Positions 16,874 through 27,054 of a DNA stretch of 64,000 nucleotides are shown here, one piece after another (position 1 is the first letter of the stretch; every line of letters begins with the position of its first letter). Position numbers and translations under genes: made by a program. Origin of the DNA: an uncultured Gemmatimonadota bacterium (GTDB lineage Bacteria > GCA-2686955 > CAYMWF01); contig CAYMWF010000011.1 of NCBI GenBank assembly GCA_964394085.1, positions 27,926 through 91,925 on the forward strand. The letters run 5' to 3'. Under the pieces are notes generated by a model. That model was not told where the DNA came from. It did no database searches and saw only the letters and a program-made list of their open reading frames with translations.

Positions 16874-18361
16874 ATGAAACATCTTTGCCTCGCATGTTCA
16901 TTTCTACTTGTGCTCGGACTCGTGAGTCTGGTTTCAGCGCAGCCGGATACGTTATGGACCTCGATCTGGGAATCGGCTCTGGATGAGAAGTTCATGAGCG
17001 TCGATGAAGCCGCCGACGGCGGTTTCATATGCTGCGGCGACCAGCGTATCGGGGATTCGGACGCGTATGTCGTGAAACTGGACGCGGATGGGAATTACGA
17101 GTGGTCCAAGTATTTCTCGGGCGAATCCGACAAGCGCGCAAATGATATCAAACAGGTCTCGGACGGCAACTACATCCTCACCGGGTACGAGAAGTCGCTC
17201 AATAATGAAACGGACCTCCTGCTCATGAAGCTCCATTCCAGCGGTAATGTGCTCTGGGAAAAAACCTACGGTTTCCCCACTACCGATGAGTCAGGCAACG
17301 CCATCGAGGAAACGTCGGACGGCGGTTTCATAATCACCGGAAAAGGCTCTTCCGGGACATCGAGCAGGATGTCGATCATCAAGACGGACGACGCGGGCAA
17401 CGTGGAGTTCCAGGCACTTTTCACCAGCGGAGCCGAAGCCCAGGGCAAGGATATCATCGAGGTGGAGGATGGATATGTCGCGGTCGGATGGACCAGGTCA
17501 GGAAGCGGTGATAACGATGTATACCTGCTGAAATGCGACTACTTCCTGAACGAGGTGTGGGCAAGGTTGTTCGGCGGTGATGACGGCGACGAAGGGTCAG
17601 GTCTCGCCAGAACTATCGACGGCGGCTTCGTGGTCGTTGGAAGTCAGTATGTCACAGGCCCTTACAGCTACCAGATGTACATCGTCAAGACAAATGATGC
17701 GGGTATCGAAGAGTGGAACCTTCTCCATGGCGGGATCGGTTCAGACGGTCTGCACAGCGTAGATATGACGATGGATGGTGACATTATTACGACCGGGTTT
17801 ACGTACGAGAGCGGAAAATCCGACATCAAGCTGATGCGTATCTCGAGTTCCGGCTCCATCGACTGGGAAGTCGACTACGGCGGCGCCGAATATGAGTCCG
17901 GATACTGTATCACTACGTTACTCGATGGAGGGTATGCTCTCGCCGGCAATACGAACTCCTTCGGATATGGCGGCTACGATGCATGGCTCCTCAGGTTTGA
18001 ATCGGAAATGGGACTCCCCGTGGTGTTGTTCATGAACCCTTACCAGTCATTGGCGCCGATGGGATGCACCCTCGATTTCGGCATCACGTACTCGAACCTG
18101 TCTCAGACCACACAGCACGCAATAGTGAACCTCGAAGCTTACCTTCCCGGTGAGACGGAACCCGCCTGGCAGGTGTACAACCCGGCCTTCGAGTTCCCGC
18201 CCGGTGACATGACCAAGCAGTATACACTTGCCATTCCCTATACAATACCAATAGCACCGGGCTACCTCTTCGTTTCTCAGATTCTTGATCTTGATCTCGA
18301 GGTGGTTTCAGAGGATACCTTCGAGTTCGAAGTCCTCGAAGCGATGACAACGGTTCCTTAG
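16874..18361 (+). CDS. Secreted beta-propeller repeat protein (SBBP-like repeats)
   Basis: Signal peptide MKHLCLACSFLLVLGLVSLVSA. About 7 repeats of ..DGGF(I/V)..G.. ending in (T/S)xS. AAGGGAGG SD upstream. Confidence 0.6.
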   Translation: MKHLCLACSFLLVLGLVSLVSAQPDTLWTSIWESALDEKFMSVDEAADGGFICCGDQRIGDSDAYVVKLDADGNYEWSKYFSGESDKRANDIKQVSDGNYILTGYEKSLNNETDLLLMKLHSSGNVLWEKTYGFPTTDESGNAIEETSDGGFIITGKGSSGTSSRMSIIKTDDAGNVEFQALFTSGAEAQGKDIIEVEDGYVAVGWTRSGSGDNDVYLLKCDYFLNEVWARLFGGDDGDEGSGLARTIDGGFVVVGSQYVTGPYSYQMYIVKTNDAGIEEWNLLHGGIGSDGLHSVDMTMDGDIITTGFTYESGKSDIKLMRISSSGSIDWEVDYGGAEYESGYCITTLLDGGYALAGNTNSFGYGGYDAWLLRFESEMGLPVVLFMNPYQSLAPMGCTLDFGITYSNLSQTTQHAIVNLEAYLPGETEPAWQVYNPAFEFPPGDMTKQYTLAIPYTIPIAPGYLFVSQILDLDLEVVSEDTFEFEVLEAMTTVP

Positions 18362-18414
18362 TAATAGTTGGGAATACGTTGCATGGACCGGGGTCGGCTT
18401 GCCGGCACCGGTCT

Positions 18415-20739
18415 CTATTTTTTCTTTTGGCGAAGGGATTGGGCGGCGGCGGCGGGGGCGAATCCGGGATGCCGTGAGAGGCATTCCTCGAGGGTGCGGG
18501 TCGCTTCGTCATGCCTGCCCAGTGCATTTTGGAGGAGCGCTAGATTATAATATCCTTCGGGTGAGTCGAGGGCCACGGCCCGGTTGTAACTTTTGAGGGC
18601 CTGGTTGATCCGTCCCGCACGGGACTGGAGATTCCCCAGGTTTACCCAGGCGTCTCCCAGCCCGGGATCGAGTTCGACGGCGCGGAGCAGGGCCGTCTCC
18701 GCACCCGCCGCGTCATTTTGCTGCGCGAGCAGCATCCCGATATCGACGTAATTTTCCGCCCGGGCGGGCCGAAGGTCCCGGGCGGTCTCGAACTGCCGGA
18801 GAGCCTCGTCCACCCGGCCGGCGTCACGCAGAAGAGCGCCCAGATCCCGGCGAAGCCCCGCCTCATCCTGCTCGTATTCGATCGGGTTCGAAGCGATTTC
18901 GATACCGTCCTCAAGCACCCGGACAGCGTCTCCCCTCCTCCCCTGGCGCACGAGCGAGAGAGCCAGGTTTCTGAAGGCGCGGATGTAGTTGCCCCTTGTC
19001 TCGAGCGCCTTCCTGAAATAAACCTCGGCCCGGACGGGATTCTTCTTTTCGAGAAATATCACGCCAAGATTGTTCAGGGCCATTTCATCGCCGGGATTGT
19101 TTTCAAGCTCCGCTTGGTACTCGGCGGCCGCAGCATCAAAAAGGGAATCGCGGACCGCCGGCTCCGCAGCGGCGCTCGCCTTTTCGAAAGCGATCACGCC
19201 CAGGTTCAGGTGAGCCCGCGGGTATCGGGGATTGAGTTCGAGCGTCCTGCGGAAACCAACGATTGCGCGTTCCGTTTCACCCGACCGGAGCCATGTGACA
19301 GCGTCACCGAACTCGACCTGTCCTCCCCTGTCGTTCCCCCGTAGACCGAACGGGTCGGCGGATGAAAGCGTGAATACCAGGATTGCCGCTCCCCAGAGCG
19401 GAATCGAAGTCCGCCAATCCCTGCGGCTGGTATTTTCTGCCAGGGCCGTCACGCCTTTCCCCGCGAAAGGCATCATCATCGCGATCACCGGAACCCGGTA
19501 GCGGGCGGCGACGAAGAACATAATCACCGTCAACGAATATACACCGGCGAACAGAACCACCGGATAGCCCGGCCTGAGCCCACCCTCCCTTGCTGCGGCG
19601 ATAAATCCCGAGACGGCAAGGGCCAGCACCATCGCAAAACTCAACGGGAGGAACCTCTGCAGCATCGACCTGCCCAGCCAGTCAGGGATATTCCGGTTGC
19701 TGCTGATTTCATGGTTTCCGAAGAACAGGATGGTTTTTTTCGTGAACAGCCGGGCGGCATCCACAGGCTGCTCAATCCAGAATCTCAACCCTTCGCCGAA
19801 AAGGAAACTGGAAACCTGTCCCGGCAGCAGTTTATGGCCGGTAACGGATTCAGCGTAGGATGCGCAATCATAATACTCGAAATTTCCGCCCGTCTGCGGA
19901 AACCCGGCGGGCACTCCGAACATCCCGTCCGAGTCTGGATTATTACCGGTGTAGAAGGCGAGCCCGCCCTGGGTGGATATGAGGTTGAACTCGCCCCCGA
20001 CCGCGTAATTCCTCGCCGTGACCGGTAGGATGACGATCACCGCCGCCACGGGAAGAAGGAGCGCCTGGAGCCGATGCCGTGAAGCCGCTCCTCCCGTTCC
20101 CGCCAGGAGCAACAGGGCCAGGATGGGAACCGCCGGAAGCACGGTGGGCCTGGCCAGGGCCGACAGACCGAAAATCAAACCGGAGGCGATAGGAAGAACG
20201 GCATCCCTTCTGGTTCGAAGGGCGGGAAGCTTCTCCCACCAGGATAAAAGAAGTAGCATCCCGGCTAGATCCAGGAGAAGGATCAGGGAAGTAATCAGGA
20301 GCTCCCCGTCGAAATAGATGAACATCCCGTAGACGGCGGCCATCAATCCCGCGAGCAATCCCGCCCTTCTTCCGAAAAGAAACGCTCCGATACAGCCGAT
20401 CAGGACTGCGCTGACCGAACCCATAACCGCCTGAATTATCCTGGGGGCCAGGAACCCAGGACCGAAGAACTTGAAAAACAGCCCGAGCAGGAAAGGATAT
20501 AACGGCGCTTTGAAAAAGACTCCCCTGAACAGGACGCCGGACTCAGCATACCGGACCGCCTGGTTGTAATACATCAGGGGATCGTTCTCCAGGCAGGAAA
20601 AACCCGGCAATGCGGCGATTTCGGAGATGTATAACAGCCGCAATGTCAACGCGATCAAGAAAAGCAGGATAACTTGTCGACCGGTAAGATTTCGATTTCC
20701 GGCGGAAATCGCCATGCGGTCAGTCCGATTCTTCTTCAA
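18415..20739 (-). CDS. GT-C glycosyltransferase (family 39 / PMT_2, ArnT-like) fused to C-terminal TPR repeats
   Basis: N-terminal multi-TM domain of ArnT/PMT type. C-terminal half has repeated TPR motifs (..AIAFEKASAAAEP.., ..YRKALETRGNY.., ..YNRAVALDSPEGYYNLAL..). Confidence 0.6.
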   Translation of the reverse strand: MKKNRTDRMAISAGNRNLTGRQVILLFLIALTLRLLYISEIAALPGFSCLENDPLMYYNQAVRYAESGVLFRGVFFKAPLYPFLLGLFFKFFGPGFLAPRIIQAVMGSVSAVLIGCIGAFLFGRRAGLLAGLMAAVYGMFIYFDGELLITSLILLLDLAGMLLLLSWWEKLPALRTRRDAVLPIASGLIFGLSALARPTVLPAVPILALLLLAGTGGAASRHRLQALLLPVAAVIVILPVTARNYAVGGEFNLISTQGGLAFYTGNNPDSDGMFGVPAGFPQTGGNFEYYDCASYAESVTGHKLLPGQVSSFLFGEGLRFWIEQPVDAARLFTKKTILFFGNHEISSNRNIPDWLGRSMLQRFLPLSFAMVLALAVSGFIAAAREGGLRPGYPVVLFAGVYSLTVIMFFVAARYRVPVIAMMMPFAGKGVTALAENTSRRDWRTSIPLWGAAILVFTLSSADPFGLRGNDRGGQVEFGDAVTWLRSGETERAIVGFRRTLELNPRYPRAHLNLGVIAFEKASAAAEPAVRDSLFDAAAAEYQAELENNPGDEMALNNLGVIFLEKKNPVRAEVYFRKALETRGNYIRAFRNLALSLVRQGRRGDAVRVLEDGIEIASNPIEYEQDEAGLRRDLGALLRDAGRVDEALRQFETARDLRPARAENYVDIGMLLAQQNDAAGAETALLRAVELDPGLGDAWVNLGNLQSRAGRINQALKSYNRAVALDSPEGYYNLALLQNALGRHDEATRTLEECLSRHPGFAPAAAAQSLRQKKK

Positions 20740-21652
20740 CGTTGAAACGTCGAAGCTGTCTCTCAGTCAGAGGGTCTCCTCCGGTTATGTCCAGGTACTT
20801 CTGGTATGCGCGGAGAGCTTCTTCACGCCGGTCGAGCATAAGGTTGACGTTGGTGAGTTCATCGTAAATTTCCGGGGATTCGAGGCCTCTGGCGGCACCG
20901 GCCTCCAGAACATCGAGGGCGTCGGTGTAGCGAGCATCATCCTCCAGGCAGCGGGCGAGAAAATAATAGGCTGAAGTATTCGAGGAATCAGCAGCGAGGC
21001 AGCTCGAAAAACAGCGCATCGCCTCCGCCCGCTCACCGTATTCCATGTGAAGCTGCCCAAGGGCGAAGTCCTTGTCCGGACCCTCCGGCATATTCGTCTG
21101 GATAGCTTCAATCGTTTTTTCGAATGCAACCTTTTTCTCGTGGAGGTTGACACTTACCTTGTGGAGCCTCTCGAGGATTTCGAGTCGCTCAGGGTCCAGG
21201 CTGAGCGCGGTGGAGTATACCAGGCTGGCACCTTCCAGATCTCCCGACCGATCGAGTGCGACACCAAGCCAGTAATAGGCGTCGACGTTTTCCGGCTCCT
21301 GCATGACCGAGCGTCTCAGGTACTTGATCGAATCCCGGGAAATACCGACCTGGGCCATTGAACTGCCGAGTTCATATGCAAGAGTCGGGTAATCCGGATC
21401 GATCGCATAAGCTTTATCGAAAGCCTGAATCGACTCTTCAACTCTTCCCTGCGCTTTGAGAGTCTTGCCGAGATAAAAGTACGCTTTCGCATTCCCTTTG
21501 TGGGCTGAAAGTGCATCTTCAAGGGAAATCTCGGCGCTTTCGTATTTACCTGCAAAATAGAGTTCCGTGCCCTGCCGGTAAGGATCGATGGCGCATGAAG
21601 CACAGACCAGAACCGACACGCAGATAACCAGGCTGAATCTCAAGAATTTCAT
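20720..21652 (-). CDS. TPR-repeat lipoprotein
   Basis: Signal peptide with lipobox-like LVCASC; >6 TPR units. Overlaps the upstream GT39 gene by about 20 bp (operon). Start MKFLRF chosen. Confidence 0.55.
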   Translation of the reverse strand: MKFLRFSLVICVSVLVCASCAIDPYRQGTELYFAGKYESAEISLEDALSAHKGNAKAYFYLGKTLKAQGRVEESIQAFDKAYAIDPDYPTLAYELGSSMAQVGISRDSIKYLRRSVMQEPENVDAYYWLGVALDRSGDLEGASLVYSTALSLDPERLEILERLHKVSVNLHEKKVAFEKTIEAIQTNMPEGPDKDFALGQLHMEYGERAEAMRCFSSCLAADSSNTSAYYFLARCLEDDARYTDALDVLEAGAARGLESPEIYDELTNVNLMLDRREEALRAYQKYLDITGGDPLTERQLRRFNVEEESD

Positions 21653-21930
21653 CAGGCCGTATCCTTTCAAGAAAATACTATAATAGAAAGGATTATACAG
21701 TATGACCCTTTAAATTGTCAAACCGGGAATACCTTTTTACGAAGCGGCATTGAAAGCTCAAACAAGATTCCCTATCTTATCCGGGCAACAGATGCAATGG
21801 CGATATCATCATTTCAGTATTCCTTCTTTCCTGTTTCACTAATCGAAAAAAGTCTGAACCTCCCGCTTGCGGCGCGGAGGCTGCGAGAGTATCATTGCAC
21901 TACCGGCGGAAAAGAAAGGAGCGCGGAAAC

Positions 21931-23223
21931 GTGCGAATCAAACTGGTTATCTTCGAAGACGACAAGGCGGTGAACTTCGAACCTCTCACATACACCAGGG
22001 CCGTATTCGAATTGAGGTGCGGAGGGTCGCAGCTTTACGAAAAGTATCTCCGAACCGGAAAATTCAACAGCCTTTGCCTGTTCGTGCGTCCGGAAATTTC
22101 CGAAACGGTTCAGGGCAGGTTTCTTTCTGCCGCGCGGAGCGCCACCGTAGCCGTCAACGATACGGGAGCACTGAGAGAAGATGATCTGCTGGTCGTCAAC
22201 GGAAGGTTGCTGCCGGGAGACGATGGCATGCCCATTGAAAAAAACCGGGCGGCCAGGTTTACGGTGAACGGTGAGACAGCCGCTGTTTTTTTGCCCTCGG
22301 GAACGGATCTTACCGGAAAAAACGGCGGAGATCTCGCGGGTCTCCTGACAGTAGCCGAATCCACTCTCCCCGCAGAACCGCTTTCGGGACTTCTGCTTGA
22401 ATATCCCTGGGATCTCGTTTCGAACAATTCCGAAGAGATCCGGCGGGATTTCCCGCACATGGGCGCCATGGGCGAACCGATCAAGCGGAACATACCGGGC
22501 CTGTCCATTGTCGGTGATCCGCGGCAGGTGCTTGCCGGTGACGACGTGATGATCGATCCCCAGGTGGTCATCGACACCCGCAAAGGGCCGGTACTCATAG
22601 CTGATAAAGTAAATATCGCACCATTCTCGAGAATAGAGGGCCCATGCTGTATCGGCGCGGGTTCCCATATCGTCGGAGCCAACATCAGAGAAGGATGCAC
22701 CATCGGTCCGGTCTGCAGGATCGGCGGCGAAGTAGAGGAAAGTATAATCCAGGGATATTCGAACAAGTACCATGACGGTTTTCTAGGGCATGCATATATG
22801 GGAGAATGGGTCAATCTTGGGGCCGGCACGACGAACAGCGACCTGAAAAATACGTATGCCGCCGTCAAGGTGCGGATGGGCGGCGATTCCGCGCCTGTCG
22901 ACACAGGATTGACCAAGGTCGGATCGTTCATCGGCGATCATGTCAAAACGAGCATAGGCACGTACCTGAATACCGGCACTGTGTTCGGAATGATGACTAA
23001 TGTCGTGGGGACCGGGCAGCTCTGCCCTTCGTATATTCCGTCGTTCACATGGTTTCTGAAGGGAAAAATAAGGCGAGGTTACGGCGGATTCGACCGTTTC
23101 GCCGAAACCGCCCGTACAGCCATGTCGAGACGCGGCTGCACACTGACCGAAAAAGATATCGCTCTTTACAAACTTGTTTACGAAAGAACCGAACCCGACA
23201 GGATCGCGGTTTCAGGCTTATGA
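21931..23223 (+). CDS. Left-handed beta-helix (hexapeptide-repeat) protein of the GlmU-like putative sugar nucleotidyltransferase/acyltransferase family
   Basis: Hexapeptide repeats in the C-terminal half (IGDPRQV.., IDPQVVI.., IGAGSHIVGANI.., IGPVCRIGGEV..). GTG start 21931 with AAAGGAG SD. Confidence 0.55.
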   Translation: MRIKLVIFEDDKAVNFEPLTYTRAVFELRCGGSQLYEKYLRTGKFNSLCLFVRPEISETVQGRFLSAARSATVAVNDTGALREDDLLVVNGRLLPGDDGMPIEKNRAARFTVNGETAAVFLPSGTDLTGKNGGDLAGLLTVAESTLPAEPLSGLLLEYPWDLVSNNSEEIRRDFPHMGAMGEPIKRNIPGLSIVGDPRQVLAGDDVMIDPQVVIDTRKGPVLIADKVNIAPFSRIEGPCCIGAGSHIVGANIREGCTIGPVCRIGGEVEESIIQGYSNKYHDGFLGHAYMGEWVNLGAGTTNSDLKNTYAAVKVRMGGDSAPVDTGLTKVGSFIGDHVKTSIGTYLNTGTVFGMMTNVVGTGQLCPSYIPSFTWFLKGKIRRGYGGFDRFAETARTAMSRRGCTLTEKDIALYKLVYERTEPDRIAVSGL

Positions 23224-23235
23224 GAAACACTTGTT

Positions 23236-23967
23236 TTACTTGATAAAGACAGCCAGCGCCCCGCAAAGGATCGATATCAGCAAAAAGTCGTAAAGCATCG
23301 CGTATTTGAACTGGAGTCCGGAAACCCGGCCGGCGGACCCGAAGCGGTAAAATACGATAAAAAACAGGGCTTCCGTCGAACCGAAAGCAATAGCAGCCGC
23401 CAGAGCCTGTTGAACATCCGCTGCCAGTACCGCAAAAACAGCCACCGGAACGACAACTTCGGAGGGGCCGAGGGTTCCCAGGATTCTGTACCAGGAGGGA
23501 ACTCTCAGATGGTAGTGATTGTGCTCTCCCAGGTGATTGTGCATATGCTCGTGTCTGGTCGTTCTTTCGTCCCGTCGCTCGTTGAATCCTGAATGTTCGA
23601 CGGTGCTGTAATGAGTATGCATATGAAGATGGGGGTGGCTCCGCAGCCACAGCTTGACTCCCCAGACCGAGAAGGCGGCCAGGCTGGACAGCATCAGGTA
23701 GAAGGATGGTGTAAAAATAAGCTCGTTCCAGTAACCCCCGCTGGTCACGCTTTCGAAGAGCAGGCACCCGATCAGGGCGATCGGAACGGCGGCGCACGCT
23801 GAAACGATGCCCTGCAGCAGCAGGTAAATCGCTCTTTTGAAAGGATGATACTGCTGTATTGCGGCATTGCCGGTAAGTGCCCGGACTACCGACCGGCCAT
23901 AAATGGAATGTGCCGTTCCGGCGGCAACGGCGACAGCCAGCAGATAGATTTCAGGTACATGACTCAT
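23236..23967 (-). CDS. His-rich polytopic membrane protein, putative Ni/Co transporter (NicO/RcnA-like)
   Basis: 6 predicted TM helices and a central loop HPHLHMHTHYSTVEHSGFNERRDERTTRHEHMHNHLGEHNHYH. Confidence 0.4.
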   Translation of the reverse strand: MSHVPEIYLLAVAVAAGTAHSIYGRSVVRALTGNAAIQQYHPFKRAIYLLLQGIVSACAAVPIALIGCLLFESVTSGGYWNELIFTPSFYLMLSSLAAFSVWGVKLWLRSHPHLHMHTHYSTVEHSGFNERRDERTTRHEHMHNHLGEHNHYHLRVPSWYRILGTLGPSEVVVPVAVFAVLAADVQQALAAAIAFGSTEALFFIVFYRFGSAGRVSGLQFKYAMLYDFLLISILCGALAVFIK

Positions 23968-24110
23968 GATTTTTGAACCGGGCGAATTTTCGCACCGTGA
24001 TCCCTTGATTTATCGGTTTCTTTCAAGTACGTGTTTAATCCGGTCTCGCTGTTGCCGAAAGAGCCTGCGATTGACATTACTACGGATGAGCAGCAAAAGG
24101 AAAGTGTGTG

Positions 24111-24491
24111 ATGAGTAGAGAAGTTATCTCCACGCGGTCGGCCCCCGCCGCCATAGGTCCATATTCCCAGGCGGTCGATTCGGACGGCCTTGTATTTTTA
24201 TCGGGACAGGTGCCGGTGGATCCCGCAACGGGCATCCTTGAGGAAGGCGGAATAGAAAAGCAGACTGCCAGGGTGATGGAAAATCTGAAGGCGGTCCTTG
24301 CCGCTGCGGACCTGACTTTCGACAACGTGGTCAAGTCAACGATCTACCTGGTCGACCTTGGTGATTTTTCAGCGGTTAACGATATTTACGGAAACTTTTT
24401 CGAGAATGCACCACCCGCAAGGGCCACGGTGCAGGTCGCGGCGCTGCCGCTTGGCGCCTCTGTTGAAATCGATATGATCGCAGCTCGGTAG
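24111..24491 (+). CDS. ridA: RidA/YjgF-family reactive-intermediate deaminase
   Basis: ..IGPYSQAV..LVFLSGQ.. motifs; 126 aa; AAAAGGAAAG SD. Confidence 0.8.
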   Translation: MSREVISTRSAPAAIGPYSQAVDSDGLVFLSGQVPVDPATGILEEGGIEKQTARVMENLKAVLAAADLTFDNVVKSTIYLVDLGDFSAVNDIYGNFFENAPPARATVQVAALPLGASVEIDMIAAR

Positions 24492-24530
24492 AATAAACAG
24501 ACTGCCTGCTTAATCGAGGTAAAAAGGAGT

Positions 24531-25409
24531 ATGACGATGAAAACCGTTCTAGGTGTTACTGTTCCGGATCTCCCGCGGTTGCGGTCGGGAAAAGTCAGGG
24601 AAATGTTCGACCTGGGTAACAACCTCCTGATGGTGGCGACCGACCGGATTTCGGCATTCGACGTTGTGATGAACGAGGGAATTCCGGGCAAGGGCGCCGC
24701 CCTGACCGCAATATCCTCCTTCTGGTTCGACTATGTGGGAAATCGAATTCCCCATCATTTCGAATCCACCGACCTTTCGGGTCTCGGATTTGGACCCGAT
24801 GAGTTTTCCATGCTGTCCGGACGCTCCATGATAGTGAAAAAAGCAGATCCTCTGCCCGTTGAATGCATCGTCCGCGGATACCTCGCCGGTTCCGGGTGGG
24901 CCGAATATAAAAGGACGGGCACGGTTCACAAGATGCCGATGCCGGCCGGCATCTCGGAATCAGGTCGCTTCCCCGAGCCGATTTTCACCCCGTCGACCAA
25001 GAGCGACGAGGGCCATGATATCAACATCTCTTTCGAGGAAATGACCGACATTGTCGGTAAAGAAACGGCGGATCTCCTCAGAAACCATTCGCTGGATCTC
25101 TACTCCCTCGCGGGTGGGAGAGCTAACGAAAAAGGAATCATCATAGCCGACACCAAGTTCGAGTTCGGCGTGACGGACGACGGGATCATACTGATAGACG
25201 AGGTATTGACTCCCGACTCGTCCCGCTTCTGGCCCGCCGCGCTATACGAACAGGGGCGCTCTCAACCGAGTCTCGACAAGCAGTACCTCAGGGATTACCT
25301 TTCCGGGCTGGACTGGGATAAAACGCCTCCGCCGCCGACCCTGCCGGCAGAGATCGTCCGCGAAACCGCGGCGAAATATGAAGAAATCAAATCCCTGTTG
25401 ATCGGTTGA
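24531..25409 (+). CDS. purC: Phosphoribosylaminoimidazole-succinocarboxamide (SAICAR) synthase
   Basis: SGKVREMFD..LLMVATDRISAFDVVM signature; AAGGAG SD. Confidence 0.85.
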   Translation: MTMKTVLGVTVPDLPRLRSGKVREMFDLGNNLLMVATDRISAFDVVMNEGIPGKGAALTAISSFWFDYVGNRIPHHFESTDLSGLGFGPDEFSMLSGRSMIVKKADPLPVECIVRGYLAGSGWAEYKRTGTVHKMPMPAGISESGRFPEPIFTPSTKSDEGHDINISFEEMTDIVGKETADLLRNHSLDLYSLAGGRANEKGIIIADTKFEFGVTDDGIILIDEVLTPDSSRFWPAALYEQGRSQPSLDKQYLRDYLSGLDWDKTPPPPTLPAEIVRETAAKYEEIKSLLIG

Positions 25410-25437
25410 GTTCAAGGTTAAACCGAAAGGAAAGATT

Positions 25438-26928
25438 ATGAGTGCAGGTATGGGCCGAGACAGGTGGCATGGGAGAACAGCCTTTATCCTTGCATCCATA
25501 GGTTCTGCGGTAGGGCTGGGCAATGTCTGGCGATTCCCGTATGTCTGCTACAAATACGGGGGCGGAGCTTTTCTGCTGGCTTATATCCTGGCCCTTTTCA
25601 CCGCTGGAATCCCTCTCCTGATCCTCGAATTCGGGCTGGGGCACAAGTTCCAGTCAGCAGCTCCCAGGGCCATGAAAAAAGTCCGGAAAGGTTATGAATG
25701 GATCGGCTGGTGGGCGGTAGGAATCGGTTTCACCATCGTGAGTTACTACGCGGTGATCATGGGGTGGTGCTTCAATTATCTCAAATACTCGGTCAACCTC
25801 TCATGGGGTGAAAACACCAACGACTTTTTCTTTAATTCCTTCCTGGGCCTGACAGGAAGCCACTTCGAGCTCGGCGGTATCAAGGGCGCTTTGATTATCG
25901 GCCTGCTGTTCACCTGGATCGCCATCGTCGCAGCCATCTGGAAGGGTGCGAAAACCGTCAGCAAAGTTGTGTATATCACCGTGGTCCTGCCCTGGCTCAT
26001 CCTTGTCGGCTTCGTCATCAGGGGAGTGACCCTTCCCGGCGCCGTCGCCGGCCTGACCTACTACCTGAAACCCGATTTCACCATGCTTCTGAATCCGGAG
26101 GTCTGGATCGCCGCCTATACGCAGGTTTTCTTCAGCATCAGCGTCGGGTTCGGCATCATGATCGCCTATGCATCGTTCCTTCCGAAAGATTCGGATATCG
26201 TGAACAACGCCTTCATCATAGGCCTCGCAGACGCCCTGACTGCTTTTCTGGGCGGCCTCGCGGTTTTCGGTACCCTCGGTTACTACGCGGGTCAGACCGG
26301 CAAGGACGTGGCGGAAGTCGTCGCAGCGGGTCCCGGGCTGGCCTTCGTCACCTATCCGACCATGATCAACATGCTCCCGGGTGCGAATTCGCTCTTCGGG
26401 GTTCTTTTCTTCCTGATGCTGCTCACGCTGGGTATAGATTCGGCCTTCTCACTGGTGGAGGCGGTAAGCGCATCCGTGCGCGACAAATGGGGAATATCCC
26501 ACACCACCGCCAACCTTTCCCTGGCCGGGGTGGCCATACTGTTCGGCCTTATGTTCTCTACCGGGGCGGGACTGCTCTGGCTCGACGTGGTCGACCACTT
26601 CATGAACAATTTCGGCCTCTGCGTTATAGCCCTGATAGAATGCGTGCTGATAGGATGGGTGTATAAATCGGGCAAACTCAGAGAATATGTCAATTCCCTG
26701 TCCGACTTCAGGATAGGAACCTGGTGGGACTTCTGCGTGCGGTTCTTCACGCCGATTCTTCTGTTTGCCCTCATCATCACCAACCTGGTAGCTCGGCTCA
26801 GGGAGCCTTACGAGGGATACAGCAGGCTGGCTGAATTCATCGGTGGATGGCTGGTGGTGTTGATGCTGCCGATAATCGCCGTAGTTTTCATGCTGATCCG
26901 GGGCAAGGAAGAAACGAGTGAAGAGTGA
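25438..26928 (+). CDS. Sodium-dependent transporter of the neurotransmitter:sodium symporter (NSS/SNF) family
   Basis: Hallmark GNVWRFPYVCYKYGGGAFL in TM1; 12-TM profile. Confidence 0.85.
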   Translation: MSAGMGRDRWHGRTAFILASIGSAVGLGNVWRFPYVCYKYGGGAFLLAYILALFTAGIPLLILEFGLGHKFQSAAPRAMKKVRKGYEWIGWWAVGIGFTIVSYYAVIMGWCFNYLKYSVNLSWGENTNDFFFNSFLGLTGSHFELGGIKGALIIGLLFTWIAIVAAIWKGAKTVSKVVYITVVLPWLILVGFVIRGVTLPGAVAGLTYYLKPDFTMLLNPEVWIAAYTQVFFSISVGFGIMIAYASFLPKDSDIVNNAFIIGLADALTAFLGGLAVFGTLGYYAGQTGKDVAEVVAAGPGLAFVTYPTMINMLPGANSLFGVLFFLMLLTLGIDSAFSLVEAVSASVRDKWGISHTTANLSLAGVAILFGLMFSTGAGLLWLDVVDHFMNNFGLCVIALIECVLIGWVYKSGKLREYVNSLSDFRIGTWWDFCVRFFTPILLFALIITNLVARLREPYEGYSRLAEFIGGWLVVLMLPIIAVVFMLIRGKEETSEE

Positions 26929-27054
26929 AACCGGTAAGAAAACCGGCCTTCAAGGTTTGAACTCAACCGGCCGGACGCACCCGGAACCCGGATCCACCGG
27001 AAACCGGACCGATTCAATCGTCGCGGGCCGAAAAAACGCTCCCGAGGTTATATA

